IMG/VR virus record: IMGVR_UViG_3300017770_000065
Span: 1-34,157 of that record
From: a virus
Lineage: Duplodnaviria; Caudoviricetes
Direction: 5' to 3' (one strand)
Length of the DNA: 34,157 nucleotides
In this document: in pieces, positions 8,721 to 18,647 of the stretch
How the letters are laid out: every line of letters begins with the position of its first letter
Position numbering within the stretch: the first letter of the stretch is position 1
Position numbers and translations under genes: made by a program
Notes under the pieces: model-generated
Told to the model about the DNA's origin: nothing
Databases searched by the model: none
What the model saw: the letters and a program-made list of their open reading frames with translations, nothing else

Positions 8721-10034
8721 ATGCTAACGTATCAAATTACAAAACATAAAAGTAAAGAAGACATTCTACAAGACTCTCTTGTCGGAATAGAGTTTGAGTT
8801 CTATTCCGACAAAGAGCTTGAAGATATTAGAGGTGAAATTTCTACTTTATTAGGTAAAAAAATCAGATTAGAGGGTAAAGCACATAGTGACTTCGTTCCG
8901 ACTAAAGATGAGTATAAATTAGAACCTGATATGAGTGGAGGTAAAGGGCTTATAGAACTTATTACTGCTCCTATTCCATATAGTGTTGCAAGAAATACTA
9001 TAATAAAAGTATTAGGCTGGATTCAAGAAAACGGCTATACTACTTCAAAAAGTTCAATTCACTTAAATTTAAGTTTTGATCCTAAAAAAACAGGTAAAAG
9101 TAATCTTATTTCTAAGATGGATCCTCTTAAATTTATTTTAGGATTTAATGAGACTGAAGTCTATAAGTTATTTAGTAATAGGAAGGATAGTGTTTATGCA
9201 AAGTCTATAAAATGGATCATGCCTAAAATAGATCATAATTATTATGAAGGTCAAAATATAAATCCTCATGTGTTTCATTTTGCTGTTGAAAAATATTACG
9301 GTGTAAACTTTCAAAAATTACAACAAGGTTATTTAGAGTTTAGATATATTGGAGGTAAAGGGTATGAAAAGAAAACAACTAATATTTTATATTTATTAGA
9401 TCGTTTTATTTTACAAATGTGGGCAATTGCAAATCAAGAAAAATATACTGATTTAGACTTAATAGAGTTAAAAAGAATTCTTAATAGGAATCATAAGTTT
9501 ACTGAAATATTAAAAGATTGGAAAAGGTTAAAAGACTTTTATCCTGAAATTAATCTATATGTTGATCTAAAAGATGATGAAAAAATCATAGATATGTATT
9601 GGCCTAAAATATTAATGGATGTATTAAGATTAATTAGCCATGGGGGTTTAGTAAAAGGAGACATAAATTATGATAGTGATTTAAGTAGAGTGCAAGTGAG
9701 AAATGGAAGTTTACCATTTTGCTTTGAATTAAATAATTATGATTTTGTAGATTGTGAACTTTCTGGTTCTTTAAGTTTTTGTGATATTTTTAGATGTCAA
9801 ATAAAAACAGCAAGTTTAAAAAGATGTAATTTATATCAAGGTACAAGTGTTGAAGATTCTAAGGTAGAATCATGTTACACTAACCAAACATGTGAAGTTA
9901 AAAATAGTTATGTGTTTCAATGGGATTCTGTATTTAAAGGTAAAATGGTTGGAGGTATATTTAGACATGGTCAAATAAGTAAAGAGGCGGAATTTGATGG
10001 TACTGAAATAATAACAAGTAAAAAAATTAATTAA
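8721..10034 (+). CDS. putative amidoligase (COOH-NH2 ligase, glutamine-synthetase-like fold) with C-terminal beta-helix-like region
   Basis: VGIEFEF, ELITAP, SSIHLNLSF, KYYGVNF and LEFRYIGG match the phage amidoligase motif series (GxExE, E, HxH/N, EFR); the C-terminal ~100 aa has short periodic repeats. Confidence 0.8.
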   Translation: MLTYQITKHKSKEDILQDSLVGIEFEFYSDKELEDIRGEISTLLGKKIRLEGKAHSDFVPTKDEYKLEPDMSGGKGLIELITAPIPYSVARNTIIKVLGWIQENGYTTSKSSIHLNLSFDPKKTGKSNLISKMDPLKFILGFNETEVYKLFSNRKDSVYAKSIKWIMPKIDHNYYEGQNINPHVFHFAVEKYYGVNFQKLQQGYLEFRYIGGKGYEKKTTNILYLLDRFILQMWAIANQEKYTDLDLIELKRILNRNHKFTEILKDWKRLKDFYPEINLYVDLKDDEKIIDMYWPKILMDVLRLISHGGLVKGDINYDSDLSRVQVRNGSLPFCFELNNYDFVDCELSGSLSFCDIFRCQIKTASLKRCNLYQGTSVEDSKVESCYTNQTCEVKNSYVFQWDSVFKGKMVGGIFRHGQISKEAEFDGTEIITSKKIN

Positions 10035-10036
10035 AA

Positions 10037-10882
10037 ATGAGTGATATTAGAAGCGGCGATAATATAGATTTAAGTCAAGGTAGAGATTATGGTACTGATT
10101 GTTTAACTGAATTCTTAAATGAAATTGGTTCAGAAATAACAGGAGCATGTATGATACCTCTTAATTTGCCACAAGCTGAAATAATAAACGTTATAAAAAG
10201 AGCCGTTAAATGGTTCAGAAAAAATTACGAATATAGTCTTAGAGAAAACTATTTTCATGTACCTAATGGAGTTTTTAGTAGTCAAAGTTTTAAGACAACG
10301 AGAACTTTAAACTTTCCTAAAGAAAATGCAACGACAGGAGCAGGAGAAGTATTTTCAATATATGGAGTATATGATTTAGCATCTGGTTGGAATACAGGTG
10401 GTACTAGTTTAGATTTAAGATTTACTAGTGGTGCAGATTTTAATATTGAAAAAATGTTTTTTAGTAATACATTTGCTGGAACAGGAGCTGCTGAATCTGC
10501 AGAAGAACTTCAATATTATGTAATTAATCAAAGTTATTTTGATATGGCTCGTCAAATCCTAGAGAATCCTTTAAGTTTTAATTACTCACAATTAACAGGT
10601 CAGCTTAAATTTATGGGAGATACTCCAAAGGGAGATGTAATTATTGAGTGTTATGAAAGCATTGAGAACTGAGCATTATATAATGATGAAATATTTTTTA
10701 GATATGTTTCAGCTAAAGTAAAACAGGCAGTTGGTGCTAAATTAGGAGTCTTTAAATTCTCTTTACCAGGTGGCGTAGAGATTGATTATGATGGTATTAA
10801 ATCCATGGGAGATGAGGAAATGGAAAGAGTACTTGAAGAGATTAAAGGAGATGAAGGTGTAGATTGGATGATGCACTCATAA
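10037..10882 (+). CDS. neck protein (T4 gp13-like), 281 aa if the in-frame TGA at 10670-10672 is read through
   Basis: N-terminus EIINVIKRAVKWFRKNY is gp13-like. After the TGA the frame continues 69 codons (ALYNDEIFFRYVSAKVKQAVGAKLGVFKFSLPGGVEIDYDGIKSMGDEEMERVLEEIK...) to TAA at 10880-10882, matching the gp13 YND...K...G..L.KF..LPGG C-terminal motif. Confidence 0.8.
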
Positions 10883-10889
10883 AAAAACA

Positions 10890-10898
10890 GATAAATAA
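10890..10898 (+). promoter_or_regulatory. GATAAATAA late-promoter-like motif
   Basis: Between the extended neck gene stop (10882) and the ATG at 10902; ends 3 nt before the ATG. Confidence 0.55.
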
Positions 10899-10901
10899 TT
10901 A

Positions 10902-11258
10902 ATGGAACTGTATATAAAGACAATAGGCGATCCAAACTTTGATGCAAAAGGAGTTGATGTTGAAAATGAATTAAGTCAACTTTTAATTCAGATTGAGACT
11001 CTTCTTTTTACAAATAAAGGAGATGTTTTAGGAAAGAGTGGATTTGGAGCAGACCTTGAAAAAATGATATACAGTTTTAATTTTAATGAATTTGAAGTTA
11101 AAAAAGCAATAGAAGATCAAATAGAAATATATTGTCCACTTGCGAATAAATATGGCACTAAAGTCGATGTTGAATTTACAAGAGGAGAAGTTAGAGATAT
11201 TGCCCAAATAAACATAGAAGTAGACACTAAATATTTAGTTGGTGTTTATGTAAATTAA
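10902..11258 (+). CDS. baseplate wedge subunit gp25/gpW-like
   Basis: QIETLLFTNKGDVLGKSGFGADLEKMIY matches the gp25 LL.T..GE....FG..L motif; 118 aa; precedes the gp6-like gene. Confidence 0.85.
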   Translation: MELYIKTIGDPNFDAKGVDVENELSQLLIQIETLLFTNKGDVLGKSGFGADLEKMIYSFNFNEFEVKKAIEDQIEIYCPLANKYGTKVDVEFTRGEVRDIAQINIEVDTKYLVGVYVN

Positions 11259-11269
11259 AAGATTAAAGA

Positions 11270-13123
11270 ATGGCAGATTTTAAATTTTTAGATAAGGCTA
11301 GAGCTACTGCGGGAGACATTGTATCTGACACAAGGTCTTATTTAAGTAGAGTTTATAAGAAAGCCGGAAACTATTTTACAACGGCAAGTCCATTTTCTCA
11401 AATCCTTGAGGTAATGGCTGAAATGAATGAGATGCTCTTGTTCTATATAGAGGACTCTACTGTTGAACAGAATATTTATACAGCTCAACAGCCTGAATCA
11501 ATTCATGGACTTGCAAGACTTGCTGGGCATGATGCAACTAGAGGCTTCGCAGCAACTGGTGAAATCCGTTTTAGATGGAAGCCCGGTGCAGGTGACGATG
11601 TCGCAGGTGGTAATTTAATTATTGATCCAAATACAGAAATAACATATGACAATAATGGTTTAACTTATTTTTTAAGAACAGATAAAGATGAGTTTTTATT
11701 ACCAAAAAGCAGCAATGACTGGGTTAGAGCAAATATTATACAAGGAACGCTTGAATTGCAAAGTCTTACAAGTAATGGAGAAAGCATGCAAAGTTTTAAT
11801 ATACAAACAAAAGGTACTACAGATCATAATTTAGTAAAGGTTAGTGTCAATGGTGAACAATGGACTAAGTTTAATTCATTATATGAAATGTTAGCGAGTG
11901 ATAAAGGTTATTTAGTAAAGACTGGAATTAGCGGTGGGTTAGACATTTATTTTGGAACTGGTAATTTTGGAATTGTACCAGCAAACGGTGCTGCAATTGA
12001 AGTTGAATATATTAAATGTGATGGAGCAGAAGGTAACTTAAATCAAGCTGGAGACCTAACATTTAAATGGATTGGTGAAGGTAAAGACTCAACAGGAGAT
12101 ACTCATGATTTAAATGAATTATTAGAGACTGAAACTTCAACGGCTCCTTTTATGGGTGCAAATCCTGAAACGCCTGAATTTACAAAATTAATGGCGCCAT
12201 TGGCAAGTAAAAGTTTTGTACTTGCAAATCCAGATGCTTATGAATATTTTTTAAGTAGATATGCACAATTCAGTTATTTAGATGCATATAATACTACAGA
12301 TGATGGATATTTAGATGATGACAATGTAATTTATATTTTTGCAATTCCAAATTTAGAGAAAAGATTATTAAGTGGAACTGACTATTTTTCAGTTGATGAA
12401 AGTGAGTTTTTCTTTGGAAAAGATGAGACTGATAGAATGCTTGGTGTAATTGAAGATAGTGGTCAGCAAATGGTCACAAGTGAAGCAATCTTTGTAGAGC
12501 CAGAAGCTGTTAAATACAGAATGGATGTTTCTATTAGATGGTTTGAAGGATTTAAGCAACAAGATATTTTTAATGATGTTAGAGCGGCTATTTCAAAATA
12601 TTTAATAAAAATTGTACGTAGAGACAAACTACCTAAGAGTGATATTATTGCAATTATAGAAGGTATTGAAGGCGTAGATGCGGTAAATGTACAATTTGTA
12701 TCGAGCATCGAAGAGCAAGCAAGAAAAGATGGATATTATACTTATAATCAAGTTACTGTAACGCCGTCAACTCCAGAATTAGAAGGAGCAGATGGAGATC
12801 AAAAGAGACTTGTATTTTTTAAGAGAACTGAAGAAACTAAGAAAGTAATATTAGACAATCCTGAATTATTAGTACCAGTGACTGGTGAACAGGCAATAAA
12901 AGATTGGTATAATAAAATAGGACTTGATAAATATGGAGATATTATTTTAGATAAACAAGAAGTAGCAATATTTAGAGGCGGATGGGAAGATAGAGATGGA
13001 GAACTAGTAAAAGATGAGCCAGCAATTGGAGAAATGGCTTCATTGTCAGTTTACTTTGATAACCCTCCAGTGCCAAGAACAATTTATAGTAGAGTTCAGG
13101 CAGGAAATAGAAGAGCAAGATAA
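11270..13123 (+). CDS. baseplate wedge subunit gp6 (baseplate J-like)
   Basis: EQNIYTAQQPESIHGLARLAGH, IYFGTGNFGIVP..GAAIEVEY and SDIIAIIEGIEGVDAV are typical gp6/gpJ motifs; 617 aa. Confidence 0.85.
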   Translation: MADFKFLDKARATAGDIVSDTRSYLSRVYKKAGNYFTTASPFSQILEVMAEMNEMLLFYIEDSTVEQNIYTAQQPESIHGLARLAGHDATRGFAATGEIRFRWKPGAGDDVAGGNLIIDPNTEITYDNNGLTYFLRTDKDEFLLPKSSNDWVRANIIQGTLELQSLTSNGESMQSFNIQTKGTTDHNLVKVSVNGEQWTKFNSLYEMLASDKGYLVKTGISGGLDIYFGTGNFGIVPANGAAIEVEYIKCDGAEGNLNQAGDLTFKWIGEGKDSTGDTHDLNELLETETSTAPFMGANPETPEFTKLMAPLASKSFVLANPDAYEYFLSRYAQFSYLDAYNTTDDGYLDDDNVIYIFAIPNLEKRLLSGTDYFSVDESEFFFGKDETDRMLGVIEDSGQQMVTSEAIFVEPEAVKYRMDVSIRWFEGFKQQDIFNDVRAAISKYLIKIVRRDKLPKSDIIAIIEGIEGVDAVNVQFVSSIEEQARKDGYYTYNQVTVTPSTPELEGADGDQKRLVFFKRTEETKKVILDNPELLVPVTGEQAIKDWYNKIGLDKYGDIILDKQEVAIFRGGWEDRDGELVKDEPAIGEMASLSVYFDNPPVPRTIYSRVQAGNRRAR

Positions 13124-13392
13124 TGGGACTGTACGACGATTTATATAGATATAAGAGAATAAAAATCTACGATGTTAGAAAAACTGCAAAGGATAATAAA
13201 AAACATTTAGGTTACGATTATAAAAATGATTTAATAACAAATAGAGTTTCTAGGCATATTATTAGAAATCAAACGATGTCAGATTTTGTGCAATTTTGTA
13301 CAGACTATTTTTACAATACAATTAAGCAAATTCGTGTAATGAAAAACTGGAAAAATTACACAACAAACAAAGATGATAAAAACATAAGATAA
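13123..13392 (+). CDS. small basic hypothetical baseplate-region protein
   Basis: 89 aa; TAATG overlaps on both sides indicate translational coupling. Confidence 0.75.
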   Translation: MGLYDDLYRYKRIKIYDVRKTAKDNKKHLGYDYKNDLITNRVSRHIIRNQTMSDFVQFCTDYFYNTIKQIRVMKNWKNYTTNKDDKNIR

Positions 13393-16130
13393 TGTCAAAA
13401 TACTCATATTTAAGGTTTTTTAATGGAGTTGAGAATGAATTAAATCTCGACTATGATACTACTAATGAAAGATGGAGTGGTGTTGTATATTTACCTGAAG
13501 TATCAGTAGGCTTATATGAGACTTTTAACTTATTTATATTAGAAGAGCTTGTAGATCCTACAGGTTATGTTGTATATGGTAGACCTGTTTCTGAAAATAG
13601 TAATGGTAGTAATTTTAAATTTAGTTGGAAAGCTGACAGATATTCAAGTGAAGATATTTTTATTTATGGAACACAATTAGAAGATAACGTTGTAAAGGTA
13701 CAAAATTTAGATGGTTTAAATATTCAAGTCTTAGATCATACAGACGTTGTTTCAGTCGTTGCTGGTTTAAAAACAGTAAATGATTTTACAAACAATGCAA
13801 TTCAAGCAAATATTGCTCTTTCATCTCAGTCTGAAAAAAGACATGAAAGAACTTTAATAATTACAGATGATAGCGATGGCCATATAGTTGCTGAAATAAT
13901 AATTTATGGAGAGACTGTAGGAGAAGACGAAAGAATGAGAGACCTACTACAAAATTTAGGTGCTACTCTTGATGATGGTGATTTTATAATTTTTAAAGAG
14001 CATGATATTAATGAGATGGGAATCGATTGGATGCTCATGAATAAAAAGAGAAAAGAACTACTTTTAGAATTACATAATATTAAACCTTTCATTGGAACTT
14101 ATAAAGCTGTATTAAATGCAATTGATTTTTTCGGTTATAATAATATTACACTTAAAGAATATTGGCTAAATATAAACCAAGACAGTGATAGTTTTGGAAA
14201 ATTAAAAGCAGTTTCAGTTCCAGATAAAAATGCTGGATTTAGTTATAAGAAAAGAAAGCAATTTAATTTGCCTTCGACTACAATGAAGAAAACAAGTCGT
14301 TTTTCTTTAGTTTACAAATTAAACGAGCCTAATGGTACATTTGACTATTGGGATATTCCTAACGTTGATGAAGTATTTGACTTTACACCTGAAGAGATTT
14401 TAATTAAATTATATGGTCTTAAAAATAAACTTCAAAGAGAGTATCTTCCGCTTCAAGCAAAGATTGTAGATATTACAGGAGAAGGAAGTTATTTTGATCA
14501 AAAGAATTTAAATGTTTGGAATAATCAACAACCAATTGCATCGTTTAATGAAGGTAAAGATGTTGAATTTAAAGTATATCCTGAAAATAAACAACTTTAT
14601 ATTGAAGACTATGTTTTAATTTCAAATAGTAATATTATTATAAATGACATAGATTTTAAACCAATAAAATTAAGTGGATTTGGTGATTTAAATAATACCG
14701 AACATGAAACTTTATTGTCTGACTTTGAAACATTTTATAATAATTATTATATAAATAAAAAGTATACATTTAACAATGATACAGATGGAGGTCACTCAAT
14801 TCCAGTAGGAGCTCCTATAATTTTAGAATGTACATCTCTTCCACATGAATGGGAATTTGCTAATTTTACTTGGTTTGATGCAATTGATCCTACAGTTACT
14901 TGGAATGATTGGTGGAAGCAACATGTATATGAATTGGAATGGGTAGTTACTGGACCTAAAGGATATTCACAAAGTTTTAGAGGTAGTATTGGTTACTATG
15001 AAATTGATAGTACATTCCATCCTGGATATTTAAGGTTTCCAATGATTGTGCCATTTGAGGGGGACTATAGTGTAGAATTAAGAATGTATGATCTTCAAGG
15101 GTTTATGAGTTTTAGGAAAGAGTCTGACTTTTTTAATGTTAAGGTAAAACCTCTTGAAATATATGGAATATATCAATGGAAAGAAGATAATAAATGGAAA
15201 GATTGGAAAACTGCTTGGAATAAAACTGGAGGCTATTGGAACATACCTTCTGAAAATTTACAAAAAGTTGAAGATAGTTTTCAATCTTTATACTTAACAA
15301 TGGATAGGGCTAATTATTTACACGATGAAAGCCAAGGTAAAAGATTTAGTACAGTACGGCGTTTTAAAGATAACAATCCTTCTAATTTAATAGGATATAA
15401 AGAATCTACAGGTCCTTATGTATGGGATGAAATGGATACTGTGAGGTGGAAAGATGGAATGCATAATTGGTGGAATGCTACTAGGATTGGTGGAGATTTA
15501 GTAAGTAGTTTTAAAATTAATAATATACAACAAGGGAGTATTTTAACTATAGTTCATGAAAATGCTAAAAGTAATATAATTGAAACGGGTTCACATGTTA
15601 TAAACTCACAAACTCCTTCTACTTTACAAGATTGGGAAAATATAGCAGATGAATTAAACGCATCGACTCATCCAATTATAAGTAAGTTTAATTATAACCC
15701 AGTATTTGAGGACACCAATAATGATGGAAATAACGATACCTTTTTGTTTATTTTAGCAGTTGGTAAAGGGTATTCTAGAACATACGATTTTAAAGAGGTT
15801 GAATTAACTAATGGTAATATATATGGAAAAGTAAACTATGTAAATTATAATCCTACTGCAGATACTGTTAGAATTATAAACGGATGTGCAGAAGTGGAAA
15901 GATCAACACATATTACTTTTTCGTTGGATAAAACTGAAATGGCAGGTATTAAAAGACCTGTGTGGAAGATATATAAAGATAGTAGTCAAGAAGAACATGA
16001 TATATATTATGATAATATGTGGTTGACATACATTTTTAAGGAGGCGGGTTCTTATAGAATTTCGGCCGAAGTTGAAGATACTAATGGCAATACTAATATT
16101 GTCGAAAGAAATATGATAATTGTAAAATAA
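13392..16130 (+). CDS. baseplate wedge protein gp7/gpI-like with PKD/Ig-like domains
   Basis: FIGTYKAVLNAIDFFGYNNITLKEYW resembles the gp7/gpI KGT motif; GDYSVELRMYD and the C-terminal YIFKEAGSYRISAEVEDTNGN are PKD-like; follows gp6. Confidence 0.6.
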   Translation: MSKYSYLRFFNGVENELNLDYDTTNERWSGVVYLPEVSVGLYETFNLFILEELVDPTGYVVYGRPVSENSNGSNFKFSWKADRYSSEDIFIYGTQLEDNVVKVQNLDGLNIQVLDHTDVVSVVAGLKTVNDFTNNAIQANIALSSQSEKRHERTLIITDDSDGHIVAEIIIYGETVGEDERMRDLLQNLGATLDDGDFIIFKEHDINEMGIDWMLMNKKRKELLLELHNIKPFIGTYKAVLNAIDFFGYNNITLKEYWLNINQDSDSFGKLKAVSVPDKNAGFSYKKRKQFNLPSTTMKKTSRFSLVYKLNEPNGTFDYWDIPNVDEVFDFTPEEILIKLYGLKNKLQREYLPLQAKIVDITGEGSYFDQKNLNVWNNQQPIASFNEGKDVEFKVYPENKQLYIEDYVLISNSNIIINDIDFKPIKLSGFGDLNNTEHETLLSDFETFYNNYYINKKYTFNNDTDGGHSIPVGAPIILECTSLPHEWEFANFTWFDAIDPTVTWNDWWKQHVYELEWVVTGPKGYSQSFRGSIGYYEIDSTFHPGYLRFPMIVPFEGDYSVELRMYDLQGFMSFRKESDFFNVKVKPLEIYGIYQWKEDNKWKDWKTAWNKTGGYWNIPSENLQKVEDSFQSLYLTMDRANYLHDESQGKRFSTVRRFKDNNPSNLIGYKESTGPYVWDEMDTVRWKDGMHNWWNATRIGGDLVSSFKINNIQQGSILTIVHENAKSNIIETGSHVINSQTPSTLQDWENIADELNASTHPIISKFNYNPVFEDTNNDGNNDTFLFILAVGKGYSRTYDFKEVELTNGNIYGKVNYVNYNPTADTVRIINGCAEVERSTHITFSLDKTEMAGIKRPVWKIYKDSSQEEHDIYYDNMWLTYIFKEAGSYRISAEVEDTNGNTNIVERNMIIVK

Positions 16131-16143
16131 AAAAAATAAAACT

Positions 16144-16680
16144 ATGGCGGTTATAGAAATTTTAGGAACTGATTCTCTTTCATCATCAAGAATTACTCTA
16201 AATGATAATTTCACATCTTTAGAGGATGAGATATCGAATTTAAAGGGATATTTAGATCCATCTGCTTTAACTCTTACTGGAGTTACAGTATCAACAAGCC
16301 AACTCACAGTAGGTTCAAGCGTGTTAGGCACTTCATCTGCTACTATTGGAGTTGCAACTACTATTAGTGCTAATTTAACATTAGATGCTAGTATTATTAA
16401 ATCAGGAATTAGTGGAACAAGTTCTGCTGGTTTAACTGCATTACCAGCTACATTAGCTCATTCAACTTATTTTGTTGATGCTACTGCGCAAATTGCATTA
16501 GCAGTGAGTACAATAGTTGGACAAGAAATAACATTAATAGCACAGGTAAGTGGAGATATTGAAGCGACAAATGTTGCAGGTGCAGCTTCAATTACTTTAA
16601 CACAAAACGGAACATTAACTTTAAGATCTGATGGTACTAGTTGGTACATTATTGGTTCTTATGGTGCAACTATTGCTTAA
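16144..16680 (+). CDS. small fibre/baseplate appendage protein
   Basis: N-terminal D.....RITLNDNF anchor-like motif, T/S/A-rich beta body and C-terminal LTLRSDGTSWYII, common in tail-fibre domains. Confidence 0.55.
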   Translation: MAVIEILGTDSLSSSRITLNDNFTSLEDEISNLKGYLDPSALTLTGVTVSTSQLTVGSSVLGTSSATIGVATTISANLTLDASIIKSGISGTSSAGLTALPATLAHSTYFVDATAQIALAVSTIVGQEITLIAQVSGDIEATNVAGAASITLTQNGTLTLRSDGTSWYIIGSYGATIA

Positions 16681-16697
16681 AAATAAACTTATTATAA

Positions 16698-18644
16698 ATG
16701 GCTACACCATTAGTTAGAACGCCGCAAATACAGGGAGGAACAATGTACGCTTTTGCAAGTGGTACAAGAGATTTGACTCGAGCTTTTCAAAATCCAGACA
16801 TTAAATTTGAATTTAGTAAATATGCTCTGTTAGATATTCCAAATTTTGAAGAGCCTGTAAATGGCAAAAATACAGTTGATTTTGATCAAATGTTAGACTA
16901 TAGTAATGTGGCTTATTCTCCAGTTGGAAATGCTGGACACGACTTTGCAATTACATTTCAAAATTATGCTCTTAACTTAGAAGAAGAGCTATTACAAGAT
17001 GATGACTTTGATAGTACATTATATGGATCAGATGCTGAAAAAATATTCTTTAAATGGTTACATAAATTAGGTGCTATGAGGTTTAAAACCGCAGATTCAA
17101 CCGAAACTACTCAATCTGGTTTAGCCACTGAAGAATTAAATGCAACTGGAACTGGTACCGATTATGATAGAGTAGTTAAATACTTAGGAAGTATTGATGT
17201 CGGTAACGATATTCAATATAAAGGCAACGCCTATCATGAAGTATACATTAACGTACCGTCATCCATTGGCTACACGCCAACTGTTTTATTTAATTCTAAA
17301 ACATACAACACCACGGCTAACAAGATTTATCCTGAGGCAACAATTAGTGGTAGAAACGGACAGACACATCCAGATGTTAACATGAATTTAGAAACTTTAG
17401 TTGATACAGTAGATACTTCTGATCCACAAAACTTAATTCCTTATTATGATATTGATGTAAATTCAACTCCTAATTTTGGAATTGACTGGACTGCAGGCGA
17501 CTATCATGGTATTGCGACTAATTCAGATCTTAATACTTTACAGGACTATGCTAAGCAAGGTGGAGACTTTAGATTTAATGCAATTCTTGTTTATTATGAT
17601 TTATATAGTGAATCTGTGCCAGCAAATAGAGAAACTAATCTATATGGTATATTAATATTAGACAATCCTCAAGATAATCCCGGTGCAGCAAACAGTTCTT
17701 ATATTCCTGAACTTATTAAATATAAGCCAAATGAAATTACTGGCTTAAATGGAAATGCATTCGGTCTTAAATTAAATATTAAATTTAATTCATCTCTTGA
17801 TAACGTAGGAGTTGAAGTTAATATTAACGACTTTACTACATTCTCTATGGATTTATTCATGGATACGACAAGCGCCTTAGAAAATGCAGCTAAATTATTA
17901 TCAGATGCAAATGCAAGATACAGTAGAATTAAGAGTAGAGTTGATGATTTAGAAAACTTAGTAATGTCGATGGATTCAAGTACTGAATTACTTAGTAGAA
18001 TAACTCAATTAGAAACAGAATTTCAAAACACATCTGTTAATTTAGCAGATAGCAATAGCCTTTTACAATTAATCACAAATGCAAATCAAAGAATTAATCA
18101 ACTTATAGATGGTACTATCCCGTCAGAAGTACAATACAACGTTGATGTTCTTTTTAATGGACCTGGAATTATAGTTGATAAAACTGTTCCTAACAAAATT
18201 AAAATTAAAAATGATCTAAAAACTTATGTTTTTGGCAAACCTTTTTTATGGAATGAAAGTACCTTAACGGTTTATAATGAAATCACAAGTGCTAATCAAT
18301 ATAACCCTGCTAACGCAACTGGCTTTGGTATTTGGACAAGGCTTAAAGAATTTTCTAACCAACTGAGACTTGCGGGTAAAACTACTACTCAGGCGGCTGA
18401 TAATAATATTAATATATACATAGATGACAAACTTATAAAATGGCAAGATGGTCAAAGTTATAAGATTGTTTTTGAAAATTTAGACTTAAACGGTAATAAT
18501 ATTAACGTTTATACAAATTGGAAGGATGGATTTAACAAACTTATTGGAAGCGTATCAGCAGCAATTACTGGTAACAATCCATATTTTGAAATAGTTTGTA
18601 CAAATTCTGCAACTTTCGAGTTTGAAATAGATATTATAAGATAA
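16698..18644 (+). CDS. structural protein of unknown function with central coiled coil
   Basis: 648 aa; heptad region (ALENAAKLL...RVDDLENLV...RITQLETEF); structural-module context. Confidence 0.65.
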   Translation: MATPLVRTPQIQGGTMYAFASGTRDLTRAFQNPDIKFEFSKYALLDIPNFEEPVNGKNTVDFDQMLDYSNVAYSPVGNAGHDFAITFQNYALNLEEELLQDDDFDSTLYGSDAEKIFFKWLHKLGAMRFKTADSTETTQSGLATEELNATGTGTDYDRVVKYLGSIDVGNDIQYKGNAYHEVYINVPSSIGYTPTVLFNSKTYNTTANKIYPEATISGRNGQTHPDVNMNLETLVDTVDTSDPQNLIPYYDIDVNSTPNFGIDWTAGDYHGIATNSDLNTLQDYAKQGGDFRFNAILVYYDLYSESVPANRETNLYGILILDNPQDNPGAANSSYIPELIKYKPNEITGLNGNAFGLKLNIKFNSSLDNVGVEVNINDFTTFSMDLFMDTTSALENAAKLLSDANARYSRIKSRVDDLENLVMSMDSSTELLSRITQLETEFQNTSVNLADSNSLLQLITNANQRINQLIDGTIPSEVQYNVDVLFNGPGIIVDKTVPNKIKIKNDLKTYVFGKPFLWNESTLTVYNEITSANQYNPANATGFGIWTRLKEFSNQLRLAGKTTTQAADNNINIYIDDKLIKWQDGQSYKIVFENLDLNGNNINVYTNWKDGFNKLIGSVSAAITGNNPYFEIVCTNSATFEFEIDIIR

Positions 18645-18647
18645 TAG

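Noticed and set aside
10037-10672. Neck gene as a complete 211-aa protein
   Set aside because: It would lack the conserved gp13-like C-terminal block encoded in frame right after the TGA, and would leave an unexplained 229-nt gap.
10805-10882. Separate reinitiated mini-gene for the neck C-terminus
   Set aside because: The first in-frame ATG after the TGA lies past the YND and LPGG motifs, so reinitiation there cannot supply them.
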